This document shows positions 18,563-26,954 of a stretch of 64,000 nucleotides of DNA, in pieces; position 1 is the stretch's first letter; each line of letters begins with the position of its first letter. This DNA is from a virus (Duplodnaviria; Caudoviricetes): positions 1 to 64,000 of IMG/VR virus record IMGVR_UViG_3300035428_000399. One strand, written 5' to 3'. The position numbers were made by a program, and so were the translations under genes. The notes beneath the pieces were generated by a model. The model worked only from the letters and a program-made list of their open reading frames with translations. It was not told the DNA's origin and made no database searches.

Positions 18563-19207
18563 ATGAAACGAGAAAAAGACTTCTTTGAGTGCTTTATGGA
18601 TGTTGAAGATGATTATCTGCCATCTTTTTGTCATAAGGCTTTTTATAAGGACGGTTATGTCGTGGCAACAGATAGAATTATTCTGGTACGAGTCCCATAT
18701 AATAGCTTGGAAGGTATATATGACAAAGAGGATACACCAAAGAAATTGCCAATCTTTCCTGCACCAAATTGCAACTTACATCTCCCTCTTTCAGTACTGG
18801 TAGACACAATCAAAAGCATTCCTGCAGAAGAAATGGTGTCAGTGGAAGGAGCTGCCGCAGAATGTGACGAATGCGAAGGTACTGGTTTAGTGGAGTGGAC
18901 CTATGAAGATTGTGAAGGTAAAGAGCACCTTGAAAACTTCGATTGCCCTATCTGTAATGGTTGTGGCCGTGTGAAAACAAAGAAATATCACAGGGAATGG
19001 AGGTGTATCTCTATAAATGGCTCCATCTTCTCAGTTCGTCCTCTAATGAAATTGGCTAAAGCAATGGATATAGCTGGATTTGATTCAGTGAACGTCAGAA
19101 ATCTACCACAAGAACCTACTCCAGCATTGATGAGCTTAGACGGTGGAATTGATGTTATCATAATGCCGTGTCCGGATGCTAAGCCAATTCGAGATATTAA
19201 GTTATAA
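18563..19207 (+). CDS. beta-clamp-like fragment with inserted CxxCxGxG zinc finger
   Basis: VVATDRIIL, CDECEGTG...CPICNGCG, C-terminal VIIMP. Confidence 0.55.
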   Translation: MKREKDFFECFMDVEDDYLPSFCHKAFYKDGYVVATDRIILVRVPYNSLEGIYDKEDTPKKLPIFPAPNCNLHLPLSVLVDTIKSIPAEEMVSVEGAAAECDECEGTGLVEWTYEDCEGKEHLENFDCPICNGCGRVKTKKYHREWRCISINGSIFSVRPLMKLAKAMDIAGFDSVNVRNLPQEPTPALMSLDGGIDVIIMPCPDAKPIRDIKL

Positions 19208-19225
19208 AATTGAATCAAAAATAAT

Positions 19226-19711
19226 ATGGGAGTATCAATAAGAGCGCTCAAACCTACTGAGTATGTTGCCGAAATAACAGCCGATTATATTGATGGTTGT
19301 AAACCAATATATACACTTGACTTCTCACCGATAAAGCACCTTACGCGTTTCAAAGAAGGATGGTATAAATATGAGGCATCTGGAAAAGCTAATCTATCAA
19401 TATCGTGTAGCACCTTAAATGACTTCCGAAGGGTATTGTGTGGTCAGGTACATGGAGATTGGGATGATTATTGTCTCAAAGTAGAAACCGGAGAGGAACC
19501 TGATAACGGCGCATTTGCGGAGTTCCTTTACTTTGCAGACAATGAAGGTTGTTTCGATTATTCAATTGCGGAGAAACTTTTTAAAGATTTCGAGAAGTAC
19601 AGAGACAAGATATATCCTACACTAAATAAATGGTATCGATGGTGCTATGATGTTTATTACCACATACTCAATGAATGTGTGGAATGTAGAGGTGTGGTCT
19701 ATTACTCTTAA
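19226..19711 (+). CDS. hypothetical phage protein
   Basis: AFAEFLYFADNEG motif; packed ORF. Confidence 0.6.
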   Translation: MGVSIRALKPTEYVAEITADYIDGCKPIYTLDFSPIKHLTRFKEGWYKYEASGKANLSISCSTLNDFRRVLCGQVHGDWDDYCLKVETGEEPDNGAFAEFLYFADNEGCFDYSIAEKLFKDFEKYRDKIYPTLNKWYRWCYDVYYHILNECVECRGVVYYS

Positions 19712-19713
19712 GT

Positions 19714-20382
19714 ATGAAAAAGATAATGTTCTCAGATAAATTCGGACTCACCGAAGCCGTATTGAGCGGTCGGAAGACACAGACGAGACGGATAGTGCCT
19801 CAAAAAGTCTTAGATAAGGCATGTGAGTTTGCGATAGCGTACTTCAACGAAACATTTGATGTATTTGCAGACGATAAAGAGGTTTTACAACATTACTTCT
19901 TTGTAGAGAAGATTGGCAAACTCCCCTATGCAGTCGGCGAAGTAGTAGCCATAGCGCAAAGCTACAAGGATTGTGGATATAGCTCTGATGCTATTGACCG
20001 AAGTCCAAAAGATTGGAGAGATATCAGAGGTACTTTGGGAGAGTCCAAAGGATGGAACAATAAGATGTTTGTGAGAAGTGATTCTTGCAAGCATCATATT
20101 CGCATTATCAACGTGCGAGTGGAGCGGTTGCAGGATATATCCTACGAGGACTGCTTGGCTGATGGTGTCTATATTTTAGATGAAGATCCGATGAACCCAC
20201 AGGCATATATTCACTCGTTCCCTAATTCACCTGAATCATACTATCATCCCCGCGAAGCCTATGCCGCCTTGACAGACCGCATATCCGGCAAAGGAACTTG
20301 GGAGTCCAATCCGTATGTATTTGTTTACGAATTTGAATTAGTGGAGATTTTCAATTACAGAAAGAAGAATGGCACAACCTGA
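19714..20382 (+). CDS. ASCH/PUA-like phage protein
   Basis: AVLSGRKTQTRR...WNNKMFV...VRVERLQDIS...WESNPYVFVYEF. Confidence 0.75.
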   Translation: MKKIMFSDKFGLTEAVLSGRKTQTRRIVPQKVLDKACEFAIAYFNETFDVFADDKEVLQHYFFVEKIGKLPYAVGEVVAIAQSYKDCGYSSDAIDRSPKDWRDIRGTLGESKGWNNKMFVRSDSCKHHIRIINVRVERLQDISYEDCLADGVYILDEDPMNPQAYIHSFPNSPESYYHPREAYAALTDRISGKGTWESNPYVFVYEFELVEIFNYRKKNGTT

Positions 20383-20617
20383 AAGCAATGGACTGTTTGA
20401 GGTCAATTCCAACCGCAAGGTCGTAGAAAGGGGTTTCTTCTGTATGATGTTAATTGATTTCCTCAATGAAGAAGTCTCAATGGGTACAGAAGAATATGCG
20501 AATTTGTGGAAGGAGAGGTTCGACCAAGCAAAAGCCGGCGGTTGCGCCTATCGGGAGAAATGCCCCATCTATTCCAAGACAGTTAAGAATAAACCAATAC
20601 AACTCAAACTCTTTTAA
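20369..20617 (+). CDS. hypothetical protein
   Basis: coupled ORF; CAYREKCPIY; ends QLKLF. Confidence 0.55.
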   Translation: MAQPESNGLFEVNSNRKVVERGFFCMMLIDFLNEEVSMGTEEYANLWKERFDQAKAGGCAYREKCPIYSKTVKNKPIQLKLF

Positions 20618-20618
20618 T

Positions 20619-20846
20619 ATGACACCAGAAAAGGCATACCTTATTGGTCGTCTCGGCGGTTACGGTGCCGCGTCTATGCTGTTAGCCGCAATCCTCACCT
20701 GGTGTTCTACCGGGAAGAATGCGTGTGAACCACAGCCAATCCATTATAAAGTGCCGCAGGCCCATATGGAAATGCATGCGCGCATGATGGCAGGACAGCG
20801 TCAACTTATAATTTCAAACAAGACTGATGAAAGCACTGACGATTAA
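20619..20846 (+). CDS. small membrane or exported protein
   Basis: hydrophobic N-terminal segment followed by Cys. Confidence 0.45.
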   Translation: MTPEKAYLIGRLGGYGAASMLLAAILTWCSTGKNACEPQPIHYKVPQAHMEMHARMMAGQRQLIISNKTDESTDD

Positions 20847-21218
20847 GCAGCCGTGGGCCGACCTCATTATTGCCGGCGTCAAAGATATAGAGAATCGTAC
20901 ATGGAAAAAAGCTACCGTGGGCGTGTCCTCATACATACATCAAAATCGCCGTGTTCACGTGGGGATCTTGACGCTTACCCTCTTTCAGCACTTTCAGAGA
21001 ATATCAATCTTGACAAGTATGCTCCTGGTCGATTTACCAATGGAGCAATTATAGGCAGCATTGATATCGTGGACTGCGTAATGAACCATCCTTCTGAATG
21101 GGCCGAGAAAGGAGTCTACAACTGGGTTTTGGCAAACCCAGTGAAATTTGAGAAGCCAATCCTTAATGTCAAGGGTCTGCTGGGCTTGTGGGATTATAAA
21201 GGAAATATTAACAACTAA
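20827..21218 (+). pseudogene. ASCH domain gene split by a 1-nt frameshift
   Basis: MKALTIKQPWADLIIAGVKDIENRTWK in one frame continues as SYRGRVLIHTSK...KGLLGLW in another; break at the A6 run 20905-20910. Confidence 0.8.
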
Positions 21219-21388
21219 GCCGAGACACCCGCTAAAAATCAGTCGTCTACACTCTGCCGGTAGTGATTGCCCTACATAGAACGGAAGAACAGACCTACCG
21301 CATAAGTCCTCGCCAGCGCAATTTCAGTACGAGATACCAATGGCCTCGGAAGGTCGCGGGAAGTAGGCGGCGGGAAATCGGCATTTTT
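21219..21388 (+). ncRNA. candidate structured RNA / leader of the radical SAM gene
   Basis: GCCGA/TCGGC and CCCGC/GCGGG close the whole interval; internal helices; T-run 21384-21388. Confidence 0.4.
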
Positions 21389-21399
21389 AACTAACAATC

Positions 21400-22476
21400 A
21401 TGAAAACAGAACAGAGTAAGTTCTCAGTCCTTCGCGGCCGACGTCAGGAAGACTTTCATGCAGAGAACTACACTACGAAGCCGTTTGTGTTTGACGGCAT
21501 ACAGAAATCAGTCTATGACAATGCGAATCTATCGATATTTGTCAACGAATCCTGCAACGCAAATTGTAAGTTCTGCGTCGATCAGTTGCGCTTCGAGGGA
21601 AAAGGGAAAATGTTTGTCAAGGGGAGATTGTCAGACGATGAAGAATACTTCGCACGTCTTGAGGAAGTTCTTCATACGTTGCGCCCTCTCAATACTTCAA
21701 TCTCGATAACCGGCGGCGAGCCCACGAAATCGCCCCGTCTTCCTCGCATCCTACAACTGGTATCGAAGTACAATTTTAGAAAGAGGGTAATCACTACCAA
21801 CGGTAGTGGGCTTCTTGATGTTGTCGCCGGGAAACGCGTAATAGACCATATAGTCGAGAACGAATTCCATCATCTAAACATATCCAAGACGCATTACCTG
21901 GAGAACGTCAACGCGGAGGTCATGCAGTTCGACAATAGCTATTTCACGAATGAGCAAATGGCAGAGGTCGTGGAGATAGCAATGTCGGGAAACGTGCGCC
22001 CACGATTGAGTTGCCTTCTCTTGAAGAGCGGAATCCACGATGTCGAAGGAATGATGCGCTATCTGGACTTCTTCAGCGCGATGGGAATAGACAATATCAT
22101 CTTCAGAGAGACGATGGATTATGACAAGTCTGCGATGCACAACTTACCGAAATTGCGCTTTCTCGAAGAGAATAAGATACTTCTAAACGACATGTGGAGC
22201 CAGATAGACCTGATGCCAAGCATATTCAAACCGATAGTGCAGGTATTGGGCTATTACTACTATTGCGAGGTCTACAAGTACAAGGGCATCGACATGGTGA
22301 CGGAGAGTGCAAATCTCGCCGCCATCGACCCACAGAAAGCCAAGGCTCCGGATACGGTCTTTGAAATGGTATTCCACCCTAACGGCAATCTCAATGGCTC
22401 ATGGATAGAGGACGAAGATGTGCTTCTCCATTATGCCGGCAACAGCTGTATTAGCTATTCAAATCGAATTAAGTAA
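21400..22476 (+). CDS. radical SAM protein
   Basis: CNANCKFC, SITGGEPT, ITTNGS. Confidence 0.9.
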   Translation: MKTEQSKFSVLRGRRQEDFHAENYTTKPFVFDGIQKSVYDNANLSIFVNESCNANCKFCVDQLRFEGKGKMFVKGRLSDDEEYFARLEEVLHTLRPLNTSISITGGEPTKSPRLPRILQLVSKYNFRKRVITTNGSGLLDVVAGKRVIDHIVENEFHHLNISKTHYLENVNAEVMQFDNSYFTNEQMAEVVEIAMSGNVRPRLSCLLLKSGIHDVEGMMRYLDFFSAMGIDNIIFRETMDYDKSAMHNLPKLRFLEENKILLNDMWSQIDLMPSIFKPIVQVLGYYYYCEVYKYKGIDMVTESANLAAIDPQKAKAPDTVFEMVFHPNGNLNGSWIEDEDVLLHYAGNSCISYSNRIK

Positions 22477-22496
22477 CTTTTCATTCAGAGAACGAT

Positions 22497-22865
22497 ATGC
22501 GTAATTGTAAAAATGTATCAGTTGGCTCATACGACAATCAAATAGAGATTGATCATCCGAGCCTTCTGCACCCAATATGGGTTGATGCCTGCATAGCAGA
22601 TGAGGTAATTTATCTGCTCCATCACAGAGTGAAGACCATAGGAAGCTGTTGCGGGCACAATAAGACGGTGCCGTCTATAGCCGTGGCACCGGAGAGTGTA
22701 AAACGCATGGAAGAACTGGGGTATAAGCACCACCTCAACGCTTGTGTCCGGCGCGGACCATATTCACGGTCGTATTTCTATGCCAAGTCGGTTAAATGCT
22801 CGCTATGGATAAAACTTACGAAAGTATGGCTACCATATCTGTGGCGCGAGATAATAGACGGCTGA
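22497..22865 (+). CDS. hypothetical phage protein
   Basis: VDACIADEV...KTIGSCCGH motif. Confidence 0.65.
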   Translation: MRNCKNVSVGSYDNQIEIDHPSLLHPIWVDACIADEVIYLLHHRVKTIGSCCGHNKTVPSIAVAPESVKRMEELGYKHHLNACVRRGPYSRSYFYAKSVKCSLWIKLTKVWLPYLWREIIDG

Positions 22866-22882
22866 TAGCGGTCCTTCACAAC

Positions 22883-22913
22883 AAAAACGAGTCTACCCTC
22901 CCGGGCAAACTCG
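22883..22913 (-). terminator. intrinsic terminator (minus strand)
   Basis: CGAGUUUGCCC-GGGA-GGGUAGACUCG-UUUUU: 11-bp stem, GNRA loop; two G-U pairs form only on the minus strand. Confidence 0.8.
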
Positions 22914-22999
22914 CTCATATGCAAATAAGATATCTAATCAAAAATCCGACAAGATGCTTTCCCTAAAGAGCGCATCAGGGACTCAAAATTAAATATCAA
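22883..22999 (-). ncRNA. candidate trans-acting antisense sRNA (5' end approximate)
   Basis: minus-strand promoter at 23005-23036 and minus-strand intrinsic terminator at 22883-22913; body complementary to repeated gene-start motifs. Confidence 0.65.
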
Positions 23000-23004
23000 T
23001 GCTG

Positions 23005-23036
23005 CAAAGGTACTAAAAATGCAGCACATTATCAAC
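23005..23036 (-). promoter_or_regulatory. leftward promoter for the sRNA candidate
   Basis: minus strand GTTG (23036-23033), 20-nt spacer, TACCTTTG (23012-23005). Confidence 0.65.
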
Positions 23037-23115
23037 ATTTTGAGGAGAAAAATCAGCAATCTAACATGGGTGGTGTTGCGCGAATAATCATATTGATTAT
23101 TTTTAATCAGACAAA

Positions 23116-23146
23116 TTGCGTAACTCCCGATTTTTGATTAACTTTG
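23116..23146 (+). promoter_or_regulatory. promoter of the ParB/methyltransferase cluster
   Basis: TTG 23116-23118, 20-nt spacer, TAACTTTG 23139-23146; TGATTA/TAATCA boxes nearby. Confidence 0.65.
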
Positions 23147-23171
23147 CGCTTATGGAATTATCATAAACACA

Positions 23172-23843
23172 ATGACTAAAAAGGATATACGAAAACTAAA
23201 AGCCAATCCCGATAATCCGCGTACCATGAGCGAGTTTATGGAGGGCAAGTTGATAGAGAGCATCCTGGTTTTCCCGAAGATGCTTGAGCTTCGCCCCATA
23301 CTCATCAACAAGGAGGACGTGATAATCGGCGGTAACGGACGCGTGGAGTGTCTTAACAAGATCCTCGAACTCGATGACAACGAAATCGAGGATTACATGT
23401 TCAATCAGAAGAAATTCCGAATGGCTACATCGGAAGAGCAGACCGCATTGCTCGCATTCTGGGCCAAATGGAAGAATAAACCCGTGGTGCCAGTCCGGGT
23501 GCTCGATGATGTGTCAACCGAGGAGGAAAAGGAAATTCTCGTGAAAGACAATCTCCACTACGGCGAGGACGACATCGAGATTATGAAGCGCCATTTCGAG
23601 CGCGAGGCAATCGGTGATTATCTTGGAGCCGTTGCTTGGAACCTCTACGATTACGACGACAAGATCAACGACAAAAACCTCGACTTGACAAAGACTTATC
23701 CGGAGAAATTCAAGTGTGGCTATGTTGAATGCCAGATGACCGACCAAGAATTCAAGGGACTGTGCGCTCGCCTTGAGAAGTATCTTGAGGAACACGACGG
23801 CATAAGCGACGGATTTTTAACCTCATTACTTCTCGGCAAATGA
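23172..23843 (+). CDS. ParB-like N-terminal domain protein
   Basis: LKANPDNPR...RPILINKEDVIIGGNGRV. Confidence 0.8.
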   Translation: MTKKDIRKLKANPDNPRTMSEFMEGKLIESILVFPKMLELRPILINKEDVIIGGNGRVECLNKILELDDNEIEDYMFNQKKFRMATSEEQTALLAFWAKWKNKPVVPVRVLDDVSTEEEKEILVKDNLHYGEDDIEIMKRHFEREAIGDYLGAVAWNLYDYDDKINDKNLDLTKTYPEKFKCGYVECQMTDQEFKGLCARLEKYLEEHDGISDGFLTSLLLGK

Positions 23844-24562
23844 AAAAGGACGTAAAAGAACTGACAATAAACCCTATCAATCCCCGCAAGATTGTCATAG
23901 GGCAGAAACGCCGTCTTCAGCAGAGCATCATGCTCTTTCCGAAGATGCTCACATACCGCGACATCATCGTCAACAAGGATAACGTAGTGCTTGCCGGCAA
24001 CCAGCGTACTACGATTCTCAAGGAAATTCTCACTTCCACTCCAATGGATTGGATGGTAATTCTTCAAGAGAATGAGAAGTGGCAGGAGTTGACCGAGAAG
24101 CAGCGCGACGCCGTAATCGAATACTGGAAAGCATGGGTCGAAAATCCTCTCATCGAAGTAACAGTCGCCGATTTGTCCGAAGAGGAAGAGAAGGAACTCA
24201 TCATCAAAGATAATAACGAGTTCGGCGAGTTTGATTATGGCAAACTCCAGCAAATATACGACGAAATCAATCTCGTAAACTTCGGCTTCGACGAGGGACT
24301 TTTCTATAATCCCGACGAGGATGAGACCGTAATGACGAAAATCAAGGGCTCCACTCCGAAGAAAATCAATATGCTTACATTCGGCAAGAATGTTGTGTCT
24401 GTAACCAAGGAAGAATACGACACACTCGTGAATCGCTACAACGATTATGTGGACGAAACCGGGGTAAACTTCGGCTTTGTCAAGAGCTTGCTGGAGAATA
24501 GCGCTGCTGAAGAGGAAGAAGAAAGCGATGATGACGACACAGTTTTTGAAATGCCTCAATAA
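23840..24562 (+). CDS. ParB-like N-terminal domain protein (paralog of the preceding gene)
   Basis: LTINPINPR...IIVNKDNVVLAGNQR; shared FPKML and EEEKE-x-I-x-KDN. Confidence 0.8.
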   Translation: MKKDVKELTINPINPRKIVIGQKRRLQQSIMLFPKMLTYRDIIVNKDNVVLAGNQRTTILKEILTSTPMDWMVILQENEKWQELTEKQRDAVIEYWKAWVENPLIEVTVADLSEEEEKELIIKDNNEFGEFDYGKLQQIYDEINLVNFGFDEGLFYNPDEDETVMTKIKGSTPKKINMLTFGKNVVSVTKEEYDTLVNRYNDYVDETGVNFGFVKSLLENSAAEEEEESDDDDTVFEMPQ

Positions 24563-24582
24563 CAATCTCTAATTTCAAGCAC

Positions 24583-25971
24583 ATGGAAAGAGTTAAATTC
24601 GCGGACATAAAGCCCGCATCCTACAACCCCCGCAAAATCTCGGAAGAGGCTTTCGTCGAACTCCAAGGAAGCCTCAAGACTCTGGGATTCATTCTACCGA
24701 TTATCGTCAATCGCGATAATATGACAATCGTCGCCGGCCACCAGCGTACTAAGGCAGCTACCGCTGTAGGTATTGCGGAAGCACCGGCATACTTCATCAG
24801 CGGCGTTGATATCGAGTCGGAGATTCTATTCAACCAGATTCACAACGGTGTAGAATTGGAGCCTGAAACTCACAGTGAATGTCTGTTTCCTCGTGAATGG
24901 GGGACATTCCATGACGACGTATCCGTCAGTGACTTCAAAATCGCCGAGTGCAACGCCTCTATCGTGAAAGACATCTGCCGGCTAATCGTCAAGCATGGAG
25001 ACGCGCTCTGTGCAATCGTGTGTGGCAATGAGGTTGTGTTCGGCAACAACTACATCAAAGCCGCGTCAACAATCGGCTATCCCGTTCACTGCTATTTTCT
25101 CGATCCTGCGAAGAAAGCCATATTCGACTACTACTTCAAGAAAGACTACGGCGTGTTCAACTATGAGCACATCGAGCGCGCTGATTTCATGCAGGGCCGC
25201 GCTCAGCCTCCACGTCATAAGGGTATAGACTGGTCCGTGCTATATCGCGAGGTAGTACCTCACCTGGAGAAAGAAGACCGTCGCAAGGTCAAGATACTCG
25301 ACTTCGGTTGTGGCAAAGCTATGTTCATTAACAAGCTCTGCCGCGAGCTGGGATATCGCTATGCCATCGGCTTGGAGTTCTTCAATCACAATCTGAAAGG
25401 TATCTCCATTGCGAAGGGACATGAAATGATAGACGCTTTCATCGCCTACATAAAAGAGAATGGCATACACGACGGCGGTGTGTTCGATTACACTATCTGC
25501 GATGCAGTGCTCAATTCGGTAAACACTCAATTCGCCGAAGACGCCGTTCTTACCTGCCTCAATCTATTTACGAAGATGGGTGGCAAAGTGTTCGTTTCCG
25601 GGCGTTCAAAGGAGGTTGCGGAGAAGCAATATAAGGCAAAACGCAACACCGTTGACAGCACCACGACGGTTCAGTTCTTCGACGAGAACGGTCTGACTGC
25701 TTTTATGCAGGAGGGACAGTGGTTCTTCCAGAAGTTCCTCACGAAAGAGCAGGTCCAGGCAATGTTCGGCCGGTTCGGCTTCGAGCCATTTATGCAGTAT
25801 AACAAGTCCGGCTACTGGGGATGGGGAGCATACAAGGTTCGTGAGCTGACCCGTGAGGAATACATCGCTGCCATCAACTACGAGTTCAATCTCAACCTGC
25901 CTAACAATCAGTCCTACAATCGTCAGGGAGACGTTCTCCCTCTCTTCGGACTGACCGACGAGAACGCCTGA
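24583..25971 (+). CDS. ParB domain + class I SAM-dependent methyltransferase fusion
   Basis: IKPASYNPRKI...IVAGHQR; ILDFGCGK; CDAVLNSV (atypical motif IV-like). Confidence 0.8.
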   Translation: MERVKFADIKPASYNPRKISEEAFVELQGSLKTLGFILPIIVNRDNMTIVAGHQRTKAATAVGIAEAPAYFISGVDIESEILFNQIHNGVELEPETHSECLFPREWGTFHDDVSVSDFKIAECNASIVKDICRLIVKHGDALCAIVCGNEVVFGNNYIKAASTIGYPVHCYFLDPAKKAIFDYYFKKDYGVFNYEHIERADFMQGRAQPPRHKGIDWSVLYREVVPHLEKEDRRKVKILDFGCGKAMFINKLCRELGYRYAIGLEFFNHNLKGISIAKGHEMIDAFIAYIKENGIHDGGVFDYTICDAVLNSVNTQFAEDAVLTCLNLFTKMGGKVFVSGRSKEVAEKQYKAKRNTVDSTTTVQFFDENGLTAFMQEGQWFFQKFLTKEQVQAMFGRFGFEPFMQYNKSGYWGWGAYKVRELTREEYIAAINYEFNLNLPNNQSYNRQGDVLPLFGLTDENA

Positions 25972-26008
25972 AAAGGCTTGCAGATAGGATTAAAAATCTG
26001 TGCTGAAA

Positions 26009-26067
26009 TTTGCGTAATTGATTAAATTTCAGTATATTTGTAGTTGCAAATAAGATACTAATCAAAA
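26009..26067 (+). promoter_or_regulatory. conserved promoter module, copy C
   Basis: TTTG 26009, 20-nt spacer, TATATTTG 26033-26040, TGCAAATAAG 26045, TAATCAAAA 26059. Confidence 0.8.
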
Positions 26068-26072
26068 ACAAA

Positions 26073-26543
26073 ATGGTCGAAATAGAATATTGCTACTTCC
26101 GCAATACCTACAAAATAATATGGTTGCGGTACGTCTATGGAGTAGACCTCAACACGCACTGCATGAAAAGTCTTCTTGGGCACAATGACAAACGTGTCAA
26201 AGGCTTTATGCGGTCTCTTCCTCCCAACATGGAATTGGAAGAAAGCAGGTTCTACTATCTCTGCGGAGTCGATAAGGATTTCAATTGGAACAAAAACCTC
26301 CATATTCCCTTTGTCCGCAGTGTGGGACAGACTCTTGAGATTGACAACGAGTTTGTCAAAATCAAGATTAACAATGCCCGAATGATTCACATTGATACGA
26401 GCTACATCAATTGGAATCTTCCGCAAGCCCGAAACAAGCTCTTCAACACCTGCAGGAATTGGCAGTTTGCGAATATGCTGGCGTCAATTCCCAGTGTGCC
26501 ACAAACTCCTACACAATCCCAATTAGGACTTTTCGATAAATAA
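26073..26543 (+). CDS. uncharacterised Cys/His-motif protein, paralog of 41311-41814
   Basis: WLRYVYGVDLNTHC, YYLCGV, NLHIPF, NTCR. Confidence 0.7.
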   Translation: MVEIEYCYFRNTYKIIWLRYVYGVDLNTHCMKSLLGHNDKRVKGFMRSLPPNMELEESRFYYLCGVDKDFNWNKNLHIPFVRSVGQTLEIDNEFVKIKINNARMIHIDTSYINWNLPQARNKLFNTCRNWQFANMLASIPSVPQTPTQSQLGLFDK

Positions 26544-26555
26544 ACCAATTCTGTT

Positions 26556-26954
26556 ATGAGAAAACCCTCTCTTGACGAATTTGAAGACGCCATCCGAAAG
26601 ACCGGCGGCAATCTCTCGCAGACTGCCGGTCTTCTCGGTGTGACCCGGCAGACAGTCCACAACTGGGTCCGAGAAGACGGCGAATTCAAAAGCGTTGTGC
26701 AGGATTCCCGAAAGAAACTCTTCGACCAGTGCCTTGATGCGGCCCGCATTGTTGCTCTTGGTGTTCCACACATCGATCCGGCCACCGGGCATATTCTTGG
26801 CTGGAAAGAGAAGCCCGACGGACAGATGCTCCGTTATCTGCTGTCAACACTTGGACGTGATGAGGGCTTCGGCGAATCCGTGAATGTAAATCTTGAGAAT
26901 CCTTTACCAACAGTGATAAACATCGTAAGAGATCCGGACGCAAAACGTGAATGA
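26556..26954 (+). CDS. terminase small subunit-like HTH protein
   Basis: GGNLSQTAGLLGVTRQTVHNW; YLLSTLGRDEGF; upstream of terL. Confidence 0.6.
   Translation: MRKPSLDEFEDAIRKTGGNLSQTAGLLGVTRQTVHNWVREDGEFKSVVQDSRKKLFDQCLDAARIVALGVPHIDPATGHILGWKEKPDGQMLRYLLSTLGRDEGFGESVNVNLENPLPTVINIVRDPDAKRE

Noticed and set aside
21219-21245. SAM-II riboswitch, suggested by GCTAAAAA upstream of a radical SAM gene
   Set aside because: The upstream SAM-II elements and pseudoknot pairing are absent
23720-24565. Long minus-strand ORFs (also 1141-1839, 30859-31551, 47002-47649, 8326-8919)
   Set aside because: They are shadows of well-supported plus-strand genes and have no motifs
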